A DNA stretch of 61,914 bases from Planctomycetota bacterium (GTDB lineage: Bacteria; Planctomycetota; Phycisphaerae; SM23-33). Of this stretch, positions 20,305 to 27,518 are shown one piece after another. The stretch lies in assembly GCA_024275995.1 (NCBI GenBank), contig JAJRYB010000022.1, positions 1 to 61,914 on the forward strand, in the 5' to 3' direction. The notes under the pieces are model-generated. The model ran no database searches, was not told the origin of the DNA, and was given only the letters and a program-made list of their open reading frames with translations. The position numbers were made by a program, and so were the translations under genes. Within the stretch, counting starts at the first letter, position 1, and each line of letters begins with the position of its first letter.

Positions 20305-21126
20305 ATGAGCGATAAACTGTTCGACGTATCCGGCAAGTGCATCGCAATTACCGGCGGCGCCGGCGTACTCGGCGGAGAGATGGCAAGGCAACTCGCAGCC
20401 CGCGGGGCGAAAGTGTGCGTCGTGGATTACGACGCCCTCCGCGCCGAGAAGGTCTGCAAGGAAATCGAGAAGGCGGGCGGGTTCGCGATTCCTGTCCAGT
20501 GCGACGTGCTCGAAAAGGACCTCATCCAGGAAGCTTTCGCCTGCGCCGTCGGGAGCATGGGACAAATCGACGTGTTGATAAACGCAGCCGGGGGAAACAG
20601 GAAGGAAGCCACCTGCGTGCCGCCCGAGAGCCTGTTCTTCGACCTGCCGGCCGAGGCGATACAGTGGGTGATGAACCTGAACTGCCTGGGCACCATCCTT
20701 CCCTCGCAGGTCTTCGGACGTCACATGGCCGAGCGAGGCGAGGGCGTTATCATCAACGTTTCGTCGATGAACGCATTCCGCCCGTTGACGCGGATCGCGG
20801 CGTATTCTGCCGCCAAGGCCGCCGTGAGCAACTTCACGCAATGGCTGAGCACGTACATGTGCCAGAACCACTCGACGAACATCCGCGTGAACGCGATAGC
20901 GCCGGGGTTTTTCCTGACCGACCAGAACCGCTTCCTGCTGACCAACGAAGATGGAACTCCGACCGCACGGGGAAAGCAGATTATCGACCACACGCCGATG
21001 GGACGATACGGATCGCCCGAAGAACTCATCGGCACGCTCGTCTGGCTGATATCGGACGCCTCGAAATTCGTCACCGGTATCGTCGTCCCCGTCGACGGCG
21101 GATTCAGCGCGTATTCCGGCGTATAG
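20305..21126 (+). CDS. SDR oxidoreductase, probable D-mannonate oxidoreductase / fructuronate reductase (UxuB-like)
   Basis: TGGAGVLG, NAAGGN, NVSSM, YSAAKAA, NAIAPGFF; lies directly after uxaE. Confidence 0.85.
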   Translation: MSDKLFDVSGKCIAITGGAGVLGGEMARQLAARGAKVCVVDYDALRAEKVCKEIEKAGGFAIPVQCDVLEKDLIQEAFACAVGSMGQIDVLINAAGGNRKEATCVPPESLFFDLPAEAIQWVMNLNCLGTILPSQVFGRHMAERGEGVIINVSSMNAFRPLTRIAAYSAAKAAVSNFTQWLSTYMCQNHSTNIRVNAIAPGFFLTDQNRFLLTNEDGTPTARGKQIIDHTPMGRYGSPEELIGTLVWLISDASKFVTGIVVPVDGGFSAYSGV

Positions 21127-21152
21127 TAATTGTCAATCAAAGGAGTTTTCGC

Positions 21153-22040
21153 GTGGCAGATCATATTGAGCAGTTGAAGGCTTTTCCCAAGTCGAAGGAT
21201 TTCTTCATCGGGATAGATTCGGACGGGTGCGCGTTCGATACGATGGAAGTGAAGCACAAGGCATGTTTCTACCCCATGACGGTGCAGCACTGGAACCTCG
21301 CCGGCATCGCGAAATACGTCCGCGACGTGTGGGACTTCGTGAACCTTTACGGCCAGAACCGCGGCTGCAACCGCTTCCTGGCGCTGCTTGCGACGTTCGA
21401 TTACCTGGACAACTGGCAGGAAGTCGGCGAGTGCGGATACACCGGCCCGGACGTCTCGTCGCTTCGCGAGTGGACCCGGGAGGAAACCAAGCTCGGTAAC
21501 CCCGCCCTGGAGGCGAAGGTCGCCGAAAGCGGCGATGAAGTCCTGGCGCAGACGCTCAGATGGTCCACAGCCATCAACGAACAGGTAGCCAACATCGTCC
21601 ACGACGTGCCGCCTTACCCGCACGTCCGCGAAAGCCTGGAGAAAATCAGGGACGCCGCCGACGTGATGGTCGTCTCCGCGACGCCCAACGAGGCGCTCCG
21701 GAGAGAATGGGAGGAGCACGATATTGCACAATACGCGCAGATGATCTGCGGGCAGGAGATGGGCAAAAAGGCGGAGCACCTGGAGCACGCCGCCGCGGGC
21801 AGATACGACGCCGAGAAGATACTGATGATCGGCGACGCGCCGGGCGACATGAAGGCGGCCAAGGCAAATAGCGCCCTGTTCTACCCGATCAATCCGGGCG
21901 ACGAAGCGGCTTCGTGGAAGCGGTTCCACGACGAGGCGGTGGACAAGTTCTTCGCAGGCCGGTACGCAGGCGAATATGAACAAAAACTTATCGACGAATT
22001 CCTCGCCCACCTGCCCGAAATCCCGCCGTGGAAAAAGTAG
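21153..22040 (+). CDS. HAD-superfamily hydrolase
   Basis: RBS AAAGGAG with GTG start; motif I DSDGC, motif II VVSAT, K motif, motif IV MIGDAPGD. Confidence 0.88.
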   Translation: MADHIEQLKAFPKSKDFFIGIDSDGCAFDTMEVKHKACFYPMTVQHWNLAGIAKYVRDVWDFVNLYGQNRGCNRFLALLATFDYLDNWQEVGECGYTGPDVSSLREWTREETKLGNPALEAKVAESGDEVLAQTLRWSTAINEQVANIVHDVPPYPHVRESLEKIRDAADVMVVSATPNEALRREWEEHDIAQYAQMICGQEMGKKAEHLEHAAAGRYDAEKILMIGDAPGDMKAAKANSALFYPINPGDEAASWKRFHDEAVDKFFAGRYAGEYEQKLIDEFLAHLPEIPPWKK

Positions 22041-22139
22041 ACGACAGGCCGATGTTACGATTCGCGGGCCGTCGCCTCCGGTCGTTCGTCGAGGGCATGG
22101 CACGTCAGGCAACGGTAATTGCGAATAATGAGGTAAAAC

Positions 22140-23120
22140 ATGAGCACAACAGTCCGCTGGGGCATCATTGGCGCTGGAAACATCGCCCGGAAGTTCGCTG
22201 CCGGGATCAGGCACGCCGTGGGCGCGGAGCTTCTGGGCGTCGGGTCGCGCGCGCGGGAAAAGGCTGAAGCGTTCGGCGAGGAGCTGTCCATTCCCCGCCG
22301 GTACGGCAGTTACGAGGACCTCGCAGCCGACGGGGACGTGGACGCCGTTTACGTCGCGACGCCCCATCCGATGCACAAGGCCTGCGCCGTCCTCTGCCTC
22401 TCGGCCGGCAAGGCGGTCCTGTGCGAAAAGCCGCTCACGACAAACGCCGCCGAGGCGCGAGAGGTCGTTGACGCGGCCCGTCGTGCCGGCGTGTTCTGCA
22501 TGGAGGGGATGTGGACGCGCTTCCTCCCTGCGATCGTGAGAATGCGCGAGCTTCTCGCCGAGGGTGCCGTCGGGGAGGTGCGGATGATAACGGCCGACTT
22601 CGGCTTCCACACGGAATGGAATCCCGAGGGGCGGTTGTTGAATCCTCATTTGGCCGGTGGAGGTCTGCTGGACGTCGGCGTCTACCCCATCTCGCTCGCG
22701 TCCATGCTGTTCGGGACGCCGAGGCGGGTGACGGGCCTGGCCCATCTGGGCGCGACGGGCGTAGACGAACAGGCGGGCATCATCCTTGCGTACGACGGTG
22801 GGCGGATCGCCGTCATCGCCACGGCCATTCGCACCACGACGCCGCAGGATGCCTGGATTCTCGGAACCGAGGGGCGCATCCGTCTCCACGCCCCCTGGTG
22901 GAGCAGCACGAAGATAACGCTCCATCGTCGTGGCGAGGAAGAGAAGATCGAGCTGCCCCTGGTCGGTAACGGCTACAACTACGAGGTCGAAGAGGTCGGC
23001 CGATGCCTCGCCGAGGGCCTCATCGAAAGCCCGACCATGCCACTTGACGAGAGTATCTCGATCATGGAGACAACGGACCGGCTTCGGGCCCAGTGGGGCC
23101 TGAAATATCCCATGGAGTAA
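22140..23120 (+). CDS. Gfo/Idh/MocA family oxidoreductase
   Basis: WGIIGAGNIA, YVATPH, LCEKP, GGGLLDVGVY. Confidence 0.92.
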   Translation: MSTTVRWGIIGAGNIARKFAAGIRHAVGAELLGVGSRAREKAEAFGEELSIPRRYGSYEDLAADGDVDAVYVATPHPMHKACAVLCLSAGKAVLCEKPLTTNAAEAREVVDAARRAGVFCMEGMWTRFLPAIVRMRELLAEGAVGEVRMITADFGFHTEWNPEGRLLNPHLAGGGLLDVGVYPISLASMLFGTPRRVTGLAHLGATGVDEQAGIILAYDGGRIAVIATAIRTTTPQDAWILGTEGRIRLHAPWWSSTKITLHRRGEEEKIELPLVGNGYNYEVEEVGRCLAEGLIESPTMPLDESISIMETTDRLRAQWGLKYPME

Positions 23121-23151
23121 TGGACACAAACCGCCGCTCAAGGAGAATGAC

Positions 23152-24123
23152 ATGCAGTACGGAACCATTCCGGACGTTGACAAGCGCGTTTCCCGCGTAG
23201 CCCAGGGGCTGATAATGCTCGAAGAGGATGACCTCGAAGGGGGTATCGCCCTGCTCGATGCGGTCTATGCCACCGGCATCAACGCGTTCGACTCAGCAAA
23301 CAGATACAGCGGTGGGCAGTGCGACCGCGTGTTCGGAAAGTGGGTTCGAAGCCGAGGCCTTCGGGACAAGATCGTCCTGATGGACAAGTGCTGCCACCAC
23401 AACCAGGACCGCAAGCGCGTCACGACGTTCGACATCTCCGCCGATCTGCACGACTGCCTCGCCCGGCTGGAATTCGATTACATCGATATCTTCAGCTTTC
23501 ACCGCGACGATCCGAGCGCTCCGGTCGGACCGCTTGTCGAACGGATGAACGAGCATATCGCCGAAGGCAAGATCCGCGCCTACGGGGCATCGAACTGGAC
23601 CCACGAACGTATCCGGGAGGCGAACGAGTACGCCGAGGCCCGCGGGTTGAAGGGCCTGGTCGTCTCGAGTCCGCAGTATTCCCTCGCCGAGTGCGTTGAA
23701 GACCCATGGGGCGGCGGCAGCGTGACGATCACCGGCGAGGCCAACATCCCGGCCAGGCAATGGTACCAGGCGAACCAGATGGCCCTGCTTCCCTGGTCGA
23801 GCCTGTGCGGCGGATTCTTCTCCGGGCGTTTTCGGCGAGACAACCTTCAGGAATTTACCGACGATGCGGACACGCGCTGCGTTCGCTGCTATTGCACCGA
23901 GGATAACTTCCGACGCCTCGATCGTACCGAAAAGCTGGCCGCCGAGAAGGGCCTCACGCTCGCCCAGATCGCCTTGGCGTACGTGATCCACGGGCCGTTG
24001 AACTGCTTCCCGCTCATGGCTGCCTGGACGGCTGAGCAGGCGGTGGAGAATGCCAAGGCGGCTGACGTCGAACTGACATCCGACGAAATCGCATGGCTCG
24101 ATCTGCAACGCGACGCGCGATAG
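23152..24123 (+). CDS. Aldo/keto reductase
   Basis: FDSANRY, K (DKCC), FHRDD, GKIRAYGASNW, AQIALAY. Confidence 0.9.
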   Translation: MQYGTIPDVDKRVSRVAQGLIMLEEDDLEGGIALLDAVYATGINAFDSANRYSGGQCDRVFGKWVRSRGLRDKIVLMDKCCHHNQDRKRVTTFDISADLHDCLARLEFDYIDIFSFHRDDPSAPVGPLVERMNEHIAEGKIRAYGASNWTHERIREANEYAEARGLKGLVVSSPQYSLAECVEDPWGGGSVTITGEANIPARQWYQANQMALLPWSSLCGGFFSGRFRRDNLQEFTDDADTRCVRCYCTEDNFRRLDRTEKLAAEKGLTLAQIALAYVIHGPLNCFPLMAAWTAEQAVENAKAADVELTSDEIAWLDLQRDAR

Positions 24124-24284
24124 AGCAACGAAAGAATGAGATGCCGTATGGTTTCGTCGGTGAGGACAAGACCGGCGAGAAAGGAAAATAAGGCATATTC
24201 GCCAATATCCCGAATTTTGCCTGACCACGCCAGACGACGCCGCAAACTTCAAAACATGCTGCTGGCCAATCTTGAATTGCCCTG
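24121..24284 (+). mobile_element. MITE-like structured repeat, copy 3
   Basis: TAGAGCAACGAAAGAATGAGATGCCGTATGG...CAATCTTGAATTGCCCTG; the initial TAG is the AKR stop codon. Confidence 0.78.
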
Positions 24285-24324
24285 GACGACCGTAACGGCC
24301 GCCGGAATGCGTCGGGGAAAAATC

Positions 24325-24354
24325 GACGCCCGCGGGAAGCTTCCCGTGGGCGTT
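24325..24354. terminator. GC-rich palindrome between convergent genes (terminator or REP)
   Basis: GACGCCCGCGGGAA-GC-TTCCCGTGGGCGTT followed by TCTT, with an A-tract upstream. Confidence 0.5.
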
Positions 24355-24392
24355 TCTTCCAAAAGCACCGCTCGCTCGCGGTTCGCAAAGCA

Positions 24393-25511
24393 TTACTCCA
24401 TCCCGAACATCCGCTCTTTCAGGTCGAGGTAGTACAGGTAGTCCTCCTGCTTGACGTTCGGCGGGCATCGGTGATCGCAGAACGGTATGTACCCGCCGCG
24501 CTCGACGTAGGGGACCAGCGATTCGAGGTATTTCCTGATCGCTTCGGGGCCCTTGCCCAATTCCATCTTGTCCACGCCGCCCATTATCCGCAGGTCCTTG
24601 CCGTATTCGTCCAGCAGCTCGCCCGGGTGCGCGCAGGAGTTCACCTCGTAGGGGAACAGGCAGTTGATTCCGCCTTCCATCAGCAGCCCAAGGATCGGGC
24701 GAACGTCGCCGTCGCAGTCGGTGAGCCATATGTCGATCCCGTGCGCGTGAAGCCGCCTGCTGATCCTCTTGTACCGCGGGACCACCACGTTTTTGAAGAA
24801 ATCGTGCGTTACGATAGGCCCGTGATTGAAACAGATGTCCTCCCACCCGCTGGCGAAGTCGAAATCGATGACGCCCAGCACCTGGTCCAGAAAGTCCTCC
24901 ACCAGCACGCAGCTGGTTTCGACCATGTCTTCGACCATGGCTGGGTAATCGAAGCAGGCATAGGCCAGCCCCTCGAACGTCAGCAGGTCGCGGACCTTTC
25001 CGATCATCGATCCGCAGTCCACAGCCACCGGAAAGTCGCGATCGGGTGGGTAAAGCCTCTTGAGTTCATCGAGGTCCACCTTTCGCGCGGGATCGTCACG
25101 GCGGAAACGCTCTTCCTTCATTCGCTTCCAGTCGTCGGGCGTTTCGATGGGGCTTTTGGTGAAGTGCGGGATCGTGGAGTGCCCGTCCTTCGCCACCTCG
25201 CCGATCAGGCCCTCTGCGTTCCGGATGATCTTCTTGTCCGCCGTCTCCTCGATAACCTTGTACTCGAACTGCGGATGCATCCACGCACTACCGTGCTGCG
25301 CGTATCTATCGAAGTTGAAGAAGACATCCGCTTCGGCATTGTTCGTGATCCCGTTATCGCGGAAGATCGGCCATTCCGAAAAATTCTCCTGCCAGTATCC
25401 GAACTCCATGTTGAAGCAGCGGTCAACCGGCCTGTAGTGCATCTGGTTGTTGAACCGCTCGCGATCGGTCATTGCGCTTTTCCACTTGGGACGGCATGGC
25501 GTTACGGACAT
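24393..25511 (-). CDS. Uroporphyrinogen decarboxylase/MtaA-CmuA (URO-D-like) family protein
   Basis: MTDRERF N-terminus, WEDIC, DCDGD, IMGGVDK, GGYIPFCDHRCPPNV. Confidence 0.82.
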   Translation of the reverse strand: MSVTPCRPKWKSAMTDRERFNNQMHYRPVDRCFNMEFGYWQENFSEWPIFRDNGITNNAEADVFFNFDRYAQHGSAWMHPQFEYKVIEETADKKIIRNAEGLIGEVAKDGHSTIPHFTKSPIETPDDWKRMKEERFRRDDPARKVDLDELKRLYPPDRDFPVAVDCGSMIGKVRDLLTFEGLAYACFDYPAMVEDMVETSCVLVEDFLDQVLGVIDFDFASGWEDICFNHGPIVTHDFFKNVVVPRYKRISRRLHAHGIDIWLTDCDGDVRPILGLLMEGGINCLFPYEVNSCAHPGELLDEYGKDLRIMGGVDKMELGKGPEAIRKYLESLVPYVERGGYIPFCDHRCPPNVKQEDYLYYLDLKERMFGME

Positions 25512-25588
25512 TTACTTTTCTCCCTGGGCTTTGCACTTCTGCAACGTTGCGGGCGTGCGAAGCTTCCGATTTTCGATTCAGGCCGCGC

Positions 25589-25616
25589 AGTCTATCCCGC
25601 CAGTCCACTCCGTCAA
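25589..25616 (-). promoter_or_regulatory. Putative sigma70 promoter for the URO-D-like gene
   Basis: Minus strand TTGACG-N16-TAGACT. Confidence 0.4.
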
Positions 25617-25947
25617 GCAAAATTCAATCCACATTTAAAGAGGGAGATTAAAGGGGGCAGTGAGCAGGCAGGTTCGCGGCTCGTAAATGTTGAACACGCA
25701 TCCAACTGCTTATGCAGGTGATGGATAGGTATGGAAAGTTCCCCTTTTGTGCGCCCGGATGGACCAGCGACCATCCGATTCGTCCGAAAAAAATACAAAA
25801 AAATATTCCACGCCTGAATAAAGACTTGCGCACCGCACTTTTCCAAAAGTTCCCCTTTCGGGTAGCACGAACGTGGGTATTGGCCCAAGTATGGAGGCGC
25901 GTGCTATGCGCGCTGAAGTTGCTTGACAATTAAAGAACGAAAAACCG

Positions 25948-26030
25948 ACACAGAGAAACAGAGGAAAATGAGGTTTAAAAACAAAGCAAAGCGTTTTTTA
26001 ATTTCTCTGCGTCTCTGTATCCCTGTGTGT
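25948..26030. repeat. ACACAGAG-type imperfect inverted repeat (long hairpin)
   Basis: ACACAGAGAAACAGAG (25948-25963) versus CTCTGTATCCCTGTGT (26013-26028), plus an extra CTCTGCGT unit. Confidence 0.6.
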
Positions 26031-26100
26031 AATAAGACGTTACGTATTTTCGCCCCTCGAAAAACCCTTTCCAGCCTGTTCCCGGTTGTCCCAGGATTTG

Positions 26101-26162
26101 CGGAGCTGTGCGGACTTGTACGAAACGGTACGCTTTGGTACGGACGGGTACGTTTCGGTTCG
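26101..26162. repeat. Degenerate 10-bp-period tandem repeat (consensus CG-N5-GTA)
   Basis: cggagctgtg|cggacttgta|cgaaacggta|cgctttggta|cggacgggta|cgtttcggtt|cg. Confidence 0.7.
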
Positions 26163-26165
26163 CTG

Positions 26166-26307
26166 CGGCGCAGCCCGGTACGGGCGAAGACGGGTACGGA
26201 CTTGTACGCTTTGGCTCGCCACGGCGCAGCCCGGTACGGGCGAAGACGGGTACGTTCTCCTGCGCAACGGCCTGCTGCGGCGCAGCTCTTGAGCGAAGAC
26301 GGGTACG
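26166..26307. repeat. Regularly interspaced array of three hairpin repeats (33, 33, 30 bp) with two 23-bp spacers
   Basis: CGGCGCAGCCCGGTACGGGCGAAGACGGGTACG at 26166-26198 and 26222-26254; variant CGGCGCAGCTCTTGAGCGAAGACGGGTACG at 26278-26307. Confidence 0.85.
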
Positions 26308-26328
26308 GAGCGCGTAGCCCTGGCGCGC

Positions 26329-26370
26329 ATAAAGACAGGGCTGCACCGGCCGAAGCGGTACAGCCCTGTC
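26329..26370 (-). terminator. Rho-independent terminator of the PAS-GGDEF gene
   Basis: Minus strand GACAGGGCTGTACCG-loop-CGGTGCAGCCCTGTC-TTTAT, 30 bp after the stop. Confidence 0.65.
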
Positions 26371-26400
26371 AGAGGAGATATCAATCCCCACGAATTCCAG

Positions 26401-27324
26401 CTAGAACGAAACCTTGTTTCCCCCGCCTTCCTTGCTGGCCTGCATCCATCGATGCGCCCGCTCGACGACGTCCTCGACCGCATCTTCCACGTCGGCGGCT
26501 GCGGCGCCTACGGAAACCGTGACTCCCAGTACACGGTCTCCCGCCTGGGTGTAGGTCTGGTCGACGAGACGGCGAACCCGGTCGCCGATCGCGTACAGGT
26601 CGCTGTACTGGAGGATCGGAACAATCGCCAGGAACTCGCAGTCTTCCCAGCGTCCTACGGTATCGTAAGATCGCAGCGAATTGGCGAACGTCCTGCCTGC
26701 CAATCTCATCAACTCGTCGGACGTCTGGCGGCCATGGGCTTCTTCGATGTCCTCGAAGTTGTCGATAGTGGCCATGATCACACCGAAGTTCCATTCGTAG
26801 CGACGCATTTCATCGAAGCGCGCTTCGAGTCGCATCTCGACGTATCGACGATTGGCGAGCCTCGTTACCGGGTCGATGAATCCCGCCTCCTTGACAAGCT
26901 CGGCCGCGGCGAGCGCCTGGCTGGCGGAGGAGTTATCGGTGAAGACCTCCATGACGCCTTCGATCCGGCCGGAGGCATCGCGGATAGGCGCGACGCGCAT
27001 GGATATGGGGATAAGGTGCCCGGCCTTGTGACGTATGTACGCGTCCTGCGTGCGGATTTGCCCGTCTTCGAGCGTCTGGGCGGCGGGGAACGATCCGCTG
27101 CATACGTGCGTCACTTCGTTGTCGAAGTGCAGCAGGATATCCTCGCAGCAGGATTTGCCGACGATCTCGTCGAGACGATATCCGGTGAGCTGCTCGGCGC
27201 CGGGATTCCAATAAGTCACTTGACGATTGTGGTTTACAAACACGACCGCATCGAAGGTGTTTTCGACGAGACCGCGATAGAACGCCTGCGGGGTCTGCTG
27301 TTCGATAGCGACTTGATCAGCCAT
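26401..27324 (-). CDS. PAS + degenerate GGDEF domain protein
   Basis: PAS (YWNPGAEQLTGY); DPVTRLANRR; the active-site loop reads GRWEDCEF; RSYD I-site; VTVSVG. Confidence 0.88.
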   Translation of the reverse strand: MADQVAIEQQTPQAFYRGLVENTFDAVVFVNHNRQVTYWNPGAEQLTGYRLDEIVGKSCCEDILLHFDNEVTHVCSGSFPAAQTLEDGQIRTQDAYIRHKAGHLIPISMRVAPIRDASGRIEGVMEVFTDNSSASQALAAAELVKEAGFIDPVTRLANRRYVEMRLEARFDEMRRYEWNFGVIMATIDNFEDIEEAHGRQTSDELMRLAGRTFANSLRSYDTVGRWEDCEFLAIVPILQYSDLYAIGDRVRRLVDQTYTQAGDRVLGVTVSVGAAAADVEDAVEDVVERAHRWMQASKEGGGNKVSF

Positions 27325-27434
27325 GCCTCTTTCCTTTGCTGCACATGGAAGGTCGTCTTGGAAAGCGTGGAACGATTCCAGCGCCTATACAGGAAGTTAT
27401 CGTTTCGAGAGAGGAGGCTCTTTAGTAAGGAAAA

Positions 27435-27518
27435 CAGACTGCAGGCTACAGACTTCAGGCCTCAGACTGCAGGAAAAACACAAACCCGTTTGTCCCTGAA
27501 GCCTGAGGTCTGAGGTCT
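27435..27518. repeat. Heptamer tandem repeats followed by their inverted copies
   Basis: CAGACTG CAGGCTA CAGACTT CAGGCCT CAGACTG CAGG ... CCTGAAG CCTGAGG TCTGAGG TCT. Confidence 0.7.

Noticed and set aside
16453-24245. Repeated peptide FSFLAGLVLTDETIRHL in minus-strand ORFs
   Set aside because: It is a translation of the 163-bp repeat; indels shift the frame between copies, so it is not a conserved protein.
25620-26100. Replication origin (oriC)
   Set aside because: AT-rich, but only weak DnaA-box-like matches (e.g. CAATCCACA), no cluster, and no dnaA/dnaN context.
26166-26307. Call as a bona fide CRISPR array
   Set aside because: No cas genes, only two 23-bp spacers, and spacer 1 derives from local repeats; kept as a repeat and a finding.
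25648-26522. ORFs across the non-coding island (25923-26522, 25975-26391, 26040-26483)
   Set aside because: Low-complexity translations of the repeats, with no RBS or motif support.
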